This document shows positions 9,652 to 19,013 of a stretch of DNA of 64,000 nt, one piece after another. The notes below the pieces were generated by a model that was not told the DNA's origin, made no database searches, and saw only the letters and a program-made list of their open reading frames with translations. This stretch comes from a virus, in IMG/VR virus record IMGVR_UViG_3300041405_000060, positions 1-64,000 of that record; one strand, 5' to 3'. The position numbers were made by a program, and so were the translations under genes. The number at the start of each line of letters is the position of its first letter. The stretch's first letter is position 1.

Positions 9652-10245
9652 ATGGCTGACACTAGCGTACCAAACAAAAACATGATTTCTGGGTTTGACA
9701 CTTTGCTGAGTCTCAGCGGTGATGAATTCGTAGAAGTTGTTCGGCTACTGCCGGATGGTTCGTATAAGAACTATCGTACATTGGCTTCGAAACTCCGTGT
9801 AGGTAAAACTGCATTTGACTTGGCTGTTGATAATGGCTTTGTCGGAACTGAAGCGCAATGGCTTGCCTCATTGGTTGGCGAATCCGCTTACCAGACTGCT
9901 GTACGTGTAGGTGAATTCACAGGAACTGAAGCCGAATGGGTTCAAGCTCTTGATGCACTGTACAAACCAGATCCACTTAAAGTGGGTCAGGTTCTCACAG
10001 CAGACGAAAACGGTGTAGGTGTGTTTCAACAACTCACTCCTGCATCTGTAGGTTTGGAAAACGTCGATGATACTCCTGACGCTGACAAACCTGTGTCGGG
10101 TCCACAACAGACCGAGTTCTCTCGTTACCTGTTGCGTTCGCGCACAACTACCGAAGTGATGAAAGTGCTTCTGGCTCTTCCAGGCATTCGGTATACCAGC
10201 GATATGAAAGACATCATCTTTGATGAAGGTCGCGTAACGCCATAA
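9652..10245 (+). CDS. Tail fibre-associated protein (gp145-like)
   Basis: N-terminus nearly the same as the 1421-aa fibre (ISGxDxLL...DGSYKNYR); two SAY/GFVGTEAxW repeats. Confidence 0.65.
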   Translation: MADTSVPNKNMISGFDTLLSLSGDEFVEVVRLLPDGSYKNYRTLASKLRVGKTAFDLAVDNGFVGTEAQWLASLVGESAYQTAVRVGEFTGTEAEWVQALDALYKPDPLKVGQVLTADENGVGVFQQLTPASVGLENVDDTPDADKPVSGPQQTEFSRYLLRSRTTTEVMKVLLALPGIRYTSDMKDIIFDEGRVTP

Positions 10246-10274
10246 GCAATACATTTCCATAGAAGGAACTAACA

Positions 10275-10880
10275 ATGATCATTCAACTAAAACGTGGCAC
10301 TACTGCACAAGCTGCTGCTTGGGTAGGCGCTGAAGGCTCGCTCTTCGTTGACCTAACCGCTAAGCTCGTTTACGTGCATGATGGTGTCACTGCTGGTGGT
10401 TCTCTGGTCGGTGGTTTAAGTACCGCTGCTGTGAACCAATTGATCGATGATAAATTGGCAACTTTCGAAGTTGCTGTTGCTGACGTTACAGGATTAACTG
10501 AAGCACTTGCCGATACGCTGAAAACTGCGGACATCGGTACCAAGGTCGCAACACTGACTGCTGGTAAAATTCCAGTAGGCGAAATCCCAGCTATCCCTAC
10601 TAGTGGTGTAACTGGTTTAGACGACGCATTAACAGCTAAGCTTGACGCTGATGAAGTAGGTACCTCGGTAGCTTCTTTGGTTGGCGGTAAAGTTCCAGCT
10701 GGTCAACTGCCTGATCCAGTTGCTGTTCCAGTAAAAGCTACTGGTGCAGAACTGATCGCTGGTACTGACGATGCTAAGTTCGCCACAGCTGCAGCCATGC
10801 TTGCTCTCTTAACCGACATTGGTTTTACCAAAGACGGCAATGGAGATTGGAAGCTGGATGCTGGTGTTGTAGCCGCTTAA
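10275..10880 (+). CDS. Fibre-associated protein with Mtd_N/hyaluronidase-N-like domain
   Basis: IQLKRGT...GAEGSLFVD...VHDGVTAGG; internal repeat VTGLxxAL...GTxVAxLxxGK(I/V)P. Confidence 0.65.
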   Translation: MIIQLKRGTTAQAAAWVGAEGSLFVDLTAKLVYVHDGVTAGGSLVGGLSTAAVNQLIDDKLATFEVAVADVTGLTEALADTLKTADIGTKVATLTAGKIPVGEIPAIPTSGVTGLDDALTAKLDADEVGTSVASLVGGKVPAGQLPDPVAVPVKATGAELIAGTDDAKFATAAAMLALLTDIGFTKDGNGDWKLDAGVVAA

Positions 10881-10888
10881 AAACATTC

Positions 10889-10911
10889 GGGAACCTTCGG
10901 GTTCCCTTATG
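10889..10911 (+). terminator. TTCG-loop hairpin
   Basis: GGGAACC-TTCG-GGTTCCC then TTATG. Confidence 0.65.
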
Positions 10912-11010
10912 CCGTCTCAGTATTTTTTAACCTACTGTATGAGTCTTATTTAAGTTTTAGTAAGACGACCGGTTGATTTTACTAAGGCTCTCTTTAAAGG
11001 AAACATCGCG

Positions 11011-14000
11011 ATGGCAGAGTCAGATAAGAAAGGTATGATCTCGGGGATGGACTCACTACTGACTATCAGTGGTGAAGAATTCCTGGAAGTTATCCGCATG
11101 GAAACAGATGGTTCTTACAAGAACTATCGTCTGTTAGTTTCCAAGATCCGCAATAACGCAGGTCTATCCGCTTACGAGATCGCTGTCCAGAACGGCTTCG
11201 TGGGCACTGTAGACGAATGGTTGGCATCCCTCGAAGGTAAGTCAGCTTATCAGATCGCTGTTGAGCTTGGGTTCGTTGGTGATGAGGTAGCATTCATTGC
11301 ATCTCTCAAAGGCCCTAAAGGTGAAGACGGTGGTCCAGGCAAGTCGATCTACGACATTGCACTCGATACCGGTTTTGTTGGTACCGAAGCAGACTTCTTG
11401 AAAACCCTAGTGGGTAAGTCTGCATATCAAACTGCACTGGACAATGGCTTTGTTGGTACTGAGGACGAATGGCTCCTTTCCATCAAAGGCGAAAAGGGCG
11501 ACACCGGTATTGACGGTGAGATTGGCCCTGATGGTAAATCCGCTTTCGAAGTATGGCAGGCAATTCCTGCTAACGTCGATAAGACAATGGATGATTACCT
11601 AGAAGCAATCAAAGGTGCTACTGGTGAATCCGCATATGAAGCCGCTCTCGCGAATGGTTTCGTAGGTACAGAAGCAGAGTTCCTGGTTTCCCTGGAAGGT
11701 AAGTCAGCGTATGAGGTTGCTAAAGAAGCAGACCCAACGATTGTTGACGAAGCCTCCTGGTTGAAATCGCTTGAAGGTAAGAACGCCTTCGAAGTAGCTA
11801 AGGCTGCTGGCTTCACTGGTACAGAAGTAGAATGGCTAGCCTCGTTGAAAGGCCAGTCTTCTTACCAATTGTGGCTCGCTGCAGGTAATACTGGTTCTGA
11901 AGCACAGTTCCTCGAATCTCTAGAAGGTTCTGATGGTACTAACGGTACAGACGGCAATGATGGTGCAGCAGGTAAGTCTGCGTACGAACTGGCCGTTGCT
12001 GCTGGCTACGTTGGTTCTCAAGCTCAGTGGCTAGAATCTCTGAAAGGCATTGATGGAAAATCAGCTTATGAAGTTGCTGTTGATGGCGGGTTCGTAGGTA
12101 CTGAGACGCAATGGCTTGCTTCGCTGAAGGGTACTGGTGGTGAATCTGCTTATGACCTCTGGCTTACCCAACCGGGTAATGCTGGTAAGACCGAAGCGGA
12201 GTTCTTAGCATCTCTTAAAGGTGTTAAGGGTGAAGACGGTATCAATGGCGTTGATGGCGTAAACGGTAAGTCTGCCTATGAAGTAGCCGTAGCCGGTGGC
12301 TTTGTTGGTGATGAAGCTACTTGGTTGGCATCGCTGAAAGGCGACAAAGGTGAGATGGGTCAAGGCATTAATGTCATTGACACTATTTCCCAAGAGCAGT
12401 TTCAAGAGATTATCGATCTAAACGAATCCCTGGTGGGTGATGCCTATCTAGTTGATACTTTCCTGCATGTCTGGAACGGTACGATTTGGGTTAAGTCGAA
12501 TTCGATCCAAGGTCCTGAAGGTCGTGGTCTGAACTATCTGGGTCAATGGCCTGATGTTTCGGAACTTCCACTAGACGTCAACTTCAAAGCTGGTGATACT
12601 TACGTATGGCGCAGCTCGTTGTGGACTCTGGTTGAACAACCTACTCGTAAGTGGGTAGACATCGGTGTTCCTGGTCCTGTTGGTAAGTCTGTTTATCAGA
12701 CCTGGTTGGATCAAGGTAACGTAGGTACCGAGGCACAGTTCTTAGAAGCTATGCGTGGTCCTAAAGGTGAAGACGGTACCGATGGTATTAACGGCACGAA
12801 TGGTACTGATGGCAACATCGGTCCTGACGGTAAGTCGGCTTACGAAGTGGCAGTTGCTGCTGGTTTCGTGGGTACAGAAGTTCAATGGCTGGCTTCTCTG
12901 AAAGGAGATACTGGTGAGAAAGGTGATCCTGCCCTGGCATTCGAAATCAAAGGTCGTCTGACTGATGTATCGGAACTCCCACGCCCAGGTAACCCAGTTG
13001 AAGCTTACTACGTTAATCGTGACCTCTACATCTGGATCGTTGATGAAACCACTCCAGCTAACTCTGACTACGTAAACTTCGGTTCTCTGAATGGTGCTTC
13101 GGCATACGAGACTGCTGTTGAACTAGGTTTTGTTGGTACTGAGGCACAATGGATCGCATCTTTGCATGGGACCGATGGTACTAACGGTACCGACGGGGTT
13201 GATGGTAAGGATGGTCGTAATCTGCAAGTCAATGGTAGCCAAGCTAACCTGGCTGCAATTCAGGCTCTTCCAGATCCAGTTGACCAAGATGCATGGGTAG
13301 CACTCGATACGGGTCACCTGCACATCTACGTTACCGATGCTTACATCGATGCTGGTCCTTTCCGTGGCGCGGATGGTACTAATGGTAAGTCCGCTTATCA
13401 GGTAGCAGTTGATGCTGGCTTCGTAGGTAACGAAGCTGCGTGGTTGGCATCCCTCAAGGGTACAGATGGGGTTGATGGTACAAACGGCACCGAGGGTAAA
13501 TCGGCTTATCAAACTTACTTGGAACTCCCAGGTAACGCAGGTAAGACTGAGGCTGAATTCATCGCTTCGCTGAAAGGCGCAGATGGTCAAGACGGCACCA
13601 ACGGGACGAATGGTACTGATGGCCGTAACGTCACCGTACTTGGTTCTAAGGCAGATCTTGCTGCTATCCAAGCTCTCCCAACTCCTGCACAACAGGATGC
13701 GTGGACTTCCCTTGCTGATAGCCACCTGTACATGTACATCGGTACAGCTTGGGTTGACCTCGGTCAGTTCAAAGGTGACAAGGGTGATGTTGGTGGTGTA
13801 GGTCCTGATGGTAAGCAAGGTGTTAGTATTAACATCAAAGGTGAAGTAGCTCTGCTTGCAGATCTGCCAGTACCTGGTACGCTGGAAGAAGGCGATGCTT
13901 ACTATGTTCAGGAAGACGGTAAACTTTACCAAGTGAATGATGCTGGTGTTTATAACCCAGGTATCTACATTCGTGGTGAGCAAGGTGAAGACGGTATTCA

Positions 14001-15276
14001 AGGTATTGAAGGTCCGGCTGGTAAGTCGATCTCGATCCTAGGTTCCTACGCTACTGAAGCTGCTCTGATCGCCGCCCATCCTACTGGTAACCCAGGTGAT
14101 GGCTACTTGGTCGGTTCTGATCTCTATCTGTACGGCGTCAACCCTGTTGGTGGTGCTACAGAGTGGTTCAATGCTGGTCCTGTACGTGGCCCTGTTGGTC
14201 CAGAAGGTCCTATCGGTAAAACTGGTCTGAAAGGTAACACCGGTAATACTGGTGAGCGTGGTTCTCTGTGGCTGGTTCTGCCTAACGGCGTATCCGAACC
14301 TACTCCAGACTACGGTCGTGCTGGTGATTGGGCTGTTAACAACACATTCGATACGTTCTACAAAGATCCGTCGAGTGGTTGGTTGCAGATGGGTCGTCTG
14401 GTTGCTGGTGATGTAAACTCACCTCTGCCTAACCTCGGTAAAGTTGTACGTCTGGGTAATACTTGGGTACCGCTGCCAGTTGATGAAGTTCCGTCCCTCG
14501 AAAGCGGGAAGGTATACGGTCGTCAACTGAAAGCCGGTGAAACTACGATTGGTGAATGGGTAGAGATTCAGTTCCCTGTTACAATCGCCGAACCAACTGA
14601 TGATAACAAAGTCTACGGACGTCGTCGTGCAGTTGGTCAACCTGTTGGTACTTGGGTTGAGATCGTAATCCCATCGACTATCGCTGACCTGTCTACTAAG
14701 GACAACAAGAACTACGTTCGTGTATACGAAACGGCAGATTCTGCTCCTAAGTGGAAAGAATTGGTGATCCCTGCTTCGGGTATCAGTGAAGCTCCGACCA
14801 CCGCTGGTAAAACCTACCTGCGTTCTGGTCAGAATGCTAACTGGGTCGAATACACCGGTATCAGTGCACCAGCCGATGCGAAGAAGTATCTGCGTACTGC
14901 TACTGACTGGGTTGCTTTCGATAGCTACGACGTAGCCTCGGTTGCTGTTTCGGCAGCTACTGCTACACAAGTGTTCAATGCCGCTACAACTCAGTTGCTG
15001 GACATCACGAACACTGCAGGTGCTGTCGCTAAGACAATCAACTTCACTAACCTGCCTGCTGCTAACCGCACTACTACCTTGGTTCTCTTGGTACGTGGTT
15101 CGACTGCAGCAATCAGCTTCCAAATCAACGGTGTGGCTGTAACGGCTGCAAACTTGATCTGGAACGGTGGTGTTGCTCCGACCTATCAGGCTGGTATTAA
15201 CGTCGTAACCTTCTTGGTTGTCGGTGGTGCTTCTCCAGTACTGATCGGTGCCGTAGGTGCTCAGACTGCTGCGTAA
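11011..15276 (+). CDS. Long collagen-like tail fibre (phiKZ gp146-like)
   Basis: 1421 aa; many GKSAYExA...GFVGTEAxWLASLKG repeats interspersed with Gly-X-Y tracts. Confidence 0.85.
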   Translation: MAESDKKGMISGMDSLLTISGEEFLEVIRMETDGSYKNYRLLVSKIRNNAGLSAYEIAVQNGFVGTVDEWLASLEGKSAYQIAVELGFVGDEVAFIASLKGPKGEDGGPGKSIYDIALDTGFVGTEADFLKTLVGKSAYQTALDNGFVGTEDEWLLSIKGEKGDTGIDGEIGPDGKSAFEVWQAIPANVDKTMDDYLEAIKGATGESAYEAALANGFVGTEAEFLVSLEGKSAYEVAKEADPTIVDEASWLKSLEGKNAFEVAKAAGFTGTEVEWLASLKGQSSYQLWLAAGNTGSEAQFLESLEGSDGTNGTDGNDGAAGKSAYELAVAAGYVGSQAQWLESLKGIDGKSAYEVAVDGGFVGTETQWLASLKGTGGESAYDLWLTQPGNAGKTEAEFLASLKGVKGEDGINGVDGVNGKSAYEVAVAGGFVGDEATWLASLKGDKGEMGQGINVIDTISQEQFQEIIDLNESLVGDAYLVDTFLHVWNGTIWVKSNSIQGPEGRGLNYLGQWPDVSELPLDVNFKAGDTYVWRSSLWTLVEQPTRKWVDIGVPGPVGKSVYQTWLDQGNVGTEAQFLEAMRGPKGEDGTDGINGTNGTDGNIGPDGKSAYEVAVAAGFVGTEVQWLASLKGDTGEKGDPALAFEIKGRLTDVSELPRPGNPVEAYYVNRDLYIWIVDETTPANSDYVNFGSLNGASAYETAVELGFVGTEAQWIASLHGTDGTNGTDGVDGKDGRNLQVNGSQANLAAIQALPDPVDQDAWVALDTGHLHIYVTDAYIDAGPFRGADGTNGKSAYQVAVDAGFVGNEAAWLASLKGTDGVDGTNGTEGKSAYQTYLELPGNAGKTEAEFIASLKGADGQDGTNGTNGTDGRNVTVLGSKADLAAIQALPTPAQQDAWTSLADSHLYMYIGTAWVDLGQFKGDKGDVGGVGPDGKQGVSINIKGEVALLADLPVPGTLEEGDAYYVQEDGKLYQVNDAGVYNPGIYIRGEQGEDGIQGIEGPAGKSISILGSYATEAALIAAHPTGNPGDGYLVGSDLYLYGVNPVGGATEWFNAGPVRGPVGPEGPIGKTGLKGNTGNTGERGSLWLVLPNGVSEPTPDYGRAGDWAVNNTFDTFYKDPSSGWLQMGRLVAGDVNSPLPNLGKVVRLGNTWVPLPVDEVPSLESGKVYGRQLKAGETTIGEWVEIQFPVTIAEPTDDNKVYGRRRAVGQPVGTWVEIVIPSTIADLSTKDNKNYVRVYETADSAPKWKELVIPASGISEAPTTAGKTYLRSGQNANWVEYTGISAPADAKKYLRTATDWVAFDSYDVASVAVSAATATQVFNAATTQLLDITNTAGAVAKTINFTNLPAANRTTTLVLLVRGSTAAISFQINGVAVTAANLIWNGGVAPTYQAGINVVTFLVVGGASPVLIGAVGAQTAA
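11161..13580 (+). repeat. Coding repeats: SAY/GFVGTE modules and Gly-X-Y collagen tracts
   Basis: About 20 degenerate protein-level repeats, with recurrent GTDGTNGTDG. Confidence 0.85.
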
Positions 15277-15280
15277 CCTT

Positions 15281-15313
15281 ACATAATGGCTCTCCTCAGG
15301 GAGAGCCCTATGT
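15281..15313 (+). terminator. Hairpin flanked by CATA/TATG
   Basis: ACATAAT-GGCTCTCC-TCAG-GGAGAGCC-CTATGT. Confidence 0.65.
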
Positions 15314-15349
15314 TGATTGTATGAACCATCTACACCCAAAGGAATTCAC

Positions 15350-16021
15350 ATGACTACTGTCAACCGTACTACCCGACTGATCTGCTCCGACACTGGTGAA
15401 TACCCACTGTATTTGTCTGATCTGTCTACTCGTGTCACTGGCACGATTTTTCCATCTGTTATCGACTCTGACGACCTGTTTGATTTTGGTTATGAAGTTG
15501 TTCTGGACGTATCTGTTCCACAAGCAGATATTGTTATTGAAGGCAAACCAGAACTGCGTGACGGTAATTGGTATCGCACCTATGATGCACGTAGTTACAG
15601 CGAAGCCGAAGTAATGGCTAATCTGGCAACTGCTAAGGCCGGACTGTTAGCACAAATCGAATCGTTCCGTATTGCACAGTTCGATAAGGGGTTTCCTTAC
15701 GATTTTGGTGGCAACACTTACCACGTTCAAATCCGTACCACCGATCGACAGAATATCAGTTCTATTCGTGTAATTGCCAAAGAAGCAATTGAAGCTGGTA
15801 AAGAACTCCCTGTCGCTTTCCGTGTGTATGAAAACGTTACCGTTAACCTAACAGCGGAAGAGTTTGTTACTCTGGCTGATACCACCTTCCTACGTGTTAC
15901 GGAAGGTTATCAAGTTGCTTGGGTACTGAAAGATCAAATCGCACAAGCAACCACACTTGCAGAACTTCCAACTATCCCTGAAGAAATGTTCAGTTCGGTA
16001 GAAAGCTTCCGTCAAGCATAA
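15350..16021 (+). CDS. DUF4376-like tail fibre assembly protein
   Basis: ATG 15350 after AAGGA; QIRTTDRQNI...NVTVNLTAEEF...LKDQIAQATTLAEL pattern; follows the fibre gene. Confidence 0.65.
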   Translation: MTTVNRTTRLICSDTGEYPLYLSDLSTRVTGTIFPSVIDSDDLFDFGYEVVLDVSVPQADIVIEGKPELRDGNWYRTYDARSYSEAEVMANLATAKAGLLAQIESFRIAQFDKGFPYDFGGNTYHVQIRTTDRQNISSIRVIAKEAIEAGKELPVAFRVYENVTVNLTAEEFVTLADTTFLRVTEGYQVAWVLKDQIAQATTLAELPTIPEEMFSSVESFRQA

Positions 16022-16024
16022 ACA

Positions 16025-16057
16025 GCATAATGGCTACCCTTCGGGGTAGCCCTATGT
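16025..16057 (+). terminator. TTCG hairpin flanked by CATA/TATG
   Basis: GGCTACCC-TTCG-GGGTAGCC, identical to 46143-46162. Confidence 0.65.
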
Positions 16058-16093
16058 TTATTTTATGTATTTCATTCAACCGGAGAAAAAACT

Positions 16094-17086
16094 ATGTTTG
16101 AGATCCTAATAGCGTCAGGAGTTAACAAAGGACAAACTTATTTTCCTGACTCTGGCCCTGGAAATAAAAGTCTAAGAAAGGGCAACAGTGAGATTGGTTA
16201 CTTTGGTACTTTGTCGTCTACTGAACTATTTGCTGGTTGGGAACTTTCCACAGCTCTAGGATTCACTGCCGGTACAGTTAACAGAGAAGTAGATAATACA
16301 TGGATGAAGTTTATCTACAAAGGCAAGTATCTTTTTGTTTGTAAAGAGATCACCCGAAATAATCTCAGTTGGAATGACATTTATAAAGCCGGTGCCATGT
16401 ATGGCGTTAAAGGTAATGGACCTTACCCAGTGGCTGGTTCTTCTAAAGAACAATTCAACATCATGGTCAAGGAAGAAGCTGGCGTATCATTACCATGGAA
16501 GTTAGTTATCCGATCATTGAAAGGTGCTAACGTTGATCCTTACGCTGGTGTCGATTATACCGCATTCGGTTTAGCTGAAGGTAACGAATATAACGACTTG
16601 ATCTACCGTCTGTTGGCTGTAGGTACTAACAGTCGACCTAACACGGGTGTGTTTGAAACATGGCCTGGTGCTGACCTCGGTACCGGCACAGGACAGAACA
16701 CAATCCTGCAAGAGACCTCCTCAGCTAACGTAGCTAACGCAATGGCTCGCGGTAATACTGGCTCTACAGGTGGCATTACAAAAGCAACCGTTCGCGTAGC
16801 AGCAGATGGTTGGCGTCCAGTATTGGAATTGATTCCAGATGGCACTGTTGTCTTTGGTCCATATCGACCGTATATGGAATACACCGGTAATGCTGGCCCT
16901 CTAAGTGTCAGTGGTTCTTTTGTAGACGTTGTTTATAATCCACAGGTGCTTCAAGTTGATGACGGTGGCGCTGCCAAGATTCCTTACGTTACTTCAATTA
17001 CTTTTGTAGATGTGGCTCAGACACCTCAAGACGTTACCATTGCTAACACTCTTACTTCCGTATCAATGACCTTCACAAGAACTTAA
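16094..17086 (+). CDS. Virion protein, WRPVLEL paralog family member 1
   Basis: GPG...GYFG...WMKF...SWxxIYxxG..YG...WRPVLEL core plus a C-terminal extension. Confidence 0.6.
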   Translation: MFEILIASGVNKGQTYFPDSGPGNKSLRKGNSEIGYFGTLSSTELFAGWELSTALGFTAGTVNREVDNTWMKFIYKGKYLFVCKEITRNNLSWNDIYKAGAMYGVKGNGPYPVAGSSKEQFNIMVKEEAGVSLPWKLVIRSLKGANVDPYAGVDYTAFGLAEGNEYNDLIYRLLAVGTNSRPNTGVFETWPGADLGTGTGQNTILQETSSANVANAMARGNTGSTGGITKATVRVAADGWRPVLELIPDGTVVFGPYRPYMEYTGNAGPLSVSGSFVDVVYNPQVLQVDDGGAAKIPYVTSITFVDVAQTPQDVTIANTLTSVSMTFTRT

Positions 17087-17094
17087 GGTGATAT

Positions 17095-18033
17095 ATGAAC
17101 TTAAAATTACTCTGGACAGATATTAACACTGTCAACGTCACTCTTAAAATTTATCGTAGTGACACTCCAATTGACACGGCGAACTTGCCTGCTCCAGTAG
17201 CAACAATCACTGACGGTAGCACAACTTGGACAGATCCAAACGCTGTTCGCGGTAAGTATTATTACTACGTGTTTGAAACCACTAGCGCAAACGATCGTGC
17301 AGTGTCGACAAACTACCGTGTTCAAGCCGTACCCCGGTTAGGTCCTGGACCATCAGAATTGAAATATGGTGATTACAGTTACGGTTACTTTGGTACGGTA
17401 TTGTCCAGCGACTTCATCAACACAGCTAACTTACGGGCAGCTGTTGGTTTTAACGTTGGCACCCCACAGAATGCTGCACCTTTGTGGCACAAGTATGTTC
17501 GTAATGGTACGGTCTTCTTTGTTCCTAACTCATGCTTGACCTCGTCTGTACAATGGACACAGATTTATTCTGCCGGACTCATGTTCGGTGTCACTGGTCC
17601 AGGTAACCATCGTAATGGTGCTACTGCTGTTGACCAACGCAAAACTGTTAAGATCGGCCCAGACACATTCATTGTTCGTTGTATGAAAGGGTATAGTGAC
17701 GACGTTACTCGGGTAGTACCATCGCAGGGCAGCGAACTTACAGAATTCACAAATGAGTGGAATGATTTTGTTCTACCTATCTGCAAGTATGTACCGGATG
17801 GGCAACGCCTGGTAAACATCGCGGTTCAGACGGTCCAAGAAACATTACCTGGTCCATGGAACGGCTATACAGGCGCGGCAGTCCAAGAAGTTTATACTAC
17901 AGCGGGTACACCGGTAGTACGTCGCGGAGCTGCTTCTGAGAACCGTGCAGGTATTTCAACACGGGTGGCAAACACTGACGCTTATTTGTGTTCTTGGTAT
18001 CCAGTTCTGGAATTAGTAGCTCCGGCTATTTAA
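17095..18033 (+). CDS. Virion protein, WRPVLEL paralog family member 2 (FN3-like N-domain)
   Basis: LxW...IYRS...WTD...YYY FN3-like N-terminus, GPGP linker, core ending WYPVLEL. Confidence 0.6.
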   Translation: MNLKLLWTDINTVNVTLKIYRSDTPIDTANLPAPVATITDGSTTWTDPNAVRGKYYYYVFETTSANDRAVSTNYRVQAVPRLGPGPSELKYGDYSYGYFGTVLSSDFINTANLRAAVGFNVGTPQNAAPLWHKYVRNGTVFFVPNSCLTSSVQWTQIYSAGLMFGVTGPGNHRNGATAVDQRKTVKIGPDTFIVRCMKGYSDDVTRVVPSQGSELTEFTNEWNDFVLPICKYVPDGQRLVNIAVQTVQETLPGPWNGYTGAAVQEVYTTAGTPVVRRGAASENRAGISTRVANTDAYLCSWYPVLELVAPAI

Positions 18034-18043
18034 GTGAGGTTGT

Positions 18044-19003
18044 ATGGCAATCACCATTAATTGGCCAGCCTCTAACGTAGGTGTGGCCACAGCTGTTCGC
18101 ATCTACGCATCCACTTCAAGGATAGCTGATGATGCATTGGGTTCACCTATTGCAACATTAGCTGGAACAGCAACTTCGTTTGTGTGGAACCCGCCAACTG
18201 ACAATACCGTCTATTACTTTCGGATTGCCATTGATCGAGGGGACGATACCTTTCTGGGTATCAATCAGATTTATGGATACTTTGCAACAACTGGGCCAGG
18301 TCCACAACAGTTAATACGTGGCACATGGGAAGCGGGTTACTTTGGGCGTGTGGCAGCCGCAGACATCGCTGTACAATCTACATTGCTAACAGCACTTGGA
18401 TTTTCCGGTGGTGGTGGACCAAACACAGATACAACTGTAAGCCACTATTACAAGTTTGCCTTGAACGGAAAAATCATTTTTGTTCCATGTGGGTCTATTC
18501 GTTGGTCTATTACATGGGATCAAATCTATGCGTTAGGGCTGATGTATGGAGTAGATGGAACTGGTTTGGATCTTCATCCAACACCGTCCAACTTAGTAGG
18601 GGTTAACCAGAAGAAAATTGTAACGCTTAATGGTAATAATTTCCTAGTCCGTACTTTCAAAGGGACTAACCGTCCAACCAATGTATTATTGGCTGATTGG
18701 AATACACCTACAGCATGGATTGAAGGTTCTGAATGGGATCTCACTATGGGTCGAATCAATACTAACGGTACCTTGGCTTATAATACCAGTTCACTGTGGG
18801 ATGATAACCTTGCTCAGCTAACTGCACCAACCGCAGTTGCTCCGACCAACCAAGGGACTATCACACAACACATTACTGGGACAGTCATTAACAACCGCAT
18901 TTCCCTAGTACGTGGTCCAGTAGGTATTATTGATGGAGCAATTCAAGGAACTCCCCAAGGACAGCTTACTACTTGGACGCCCATGTTGGAACTACAATTT
19001 TGA
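18044..19003 (+). CDS. Virion protein, WRPVLEL paralog family member 3
   Basis: Same architecture, ends WTPMLEL. Confidence 0.6.
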   Translation: MAITINWPASNVGVATAVRIYASTSRIADDALGSPIATLAGTATSFVWNPPTDNTVYYFRIAIDRGDDTFLGINQIYGYFATTGPGPQQLIRGTWEAGYFGRVAAADIAVQSTLLTALGFSGGGGPNTDTTVSHYYKFALNGKIIFVPCGSIRWSITWDQIYALGLMYGVDGTGLDLHPTPSNLVGVNQKKIVTLNGNNFLVRTFKGTNRPTNVLLADWNTPTAWIEGSEWDLTMGRINTNGTLAYNTSSLWDDNLAQLTAPTAVAPTNQGTITQHITGTVINNRISLVRGPVGIIDGAIQGTPQGQLTTWTPMLELQF

Positions 19004-19013
19004 GGAATAACCA

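Noticed and set aside
11161-13580. CRISPR-like or non-coding repeat array
   Set aside because: Repeats are in-frame, vary at synonymous positions and have no unique spacers
13123-15339. Long antisense ORFs (292 and 306 aa)
   Set aside because: Shadows of the codon-biased fibre gene; no RBS or recognisable motifs
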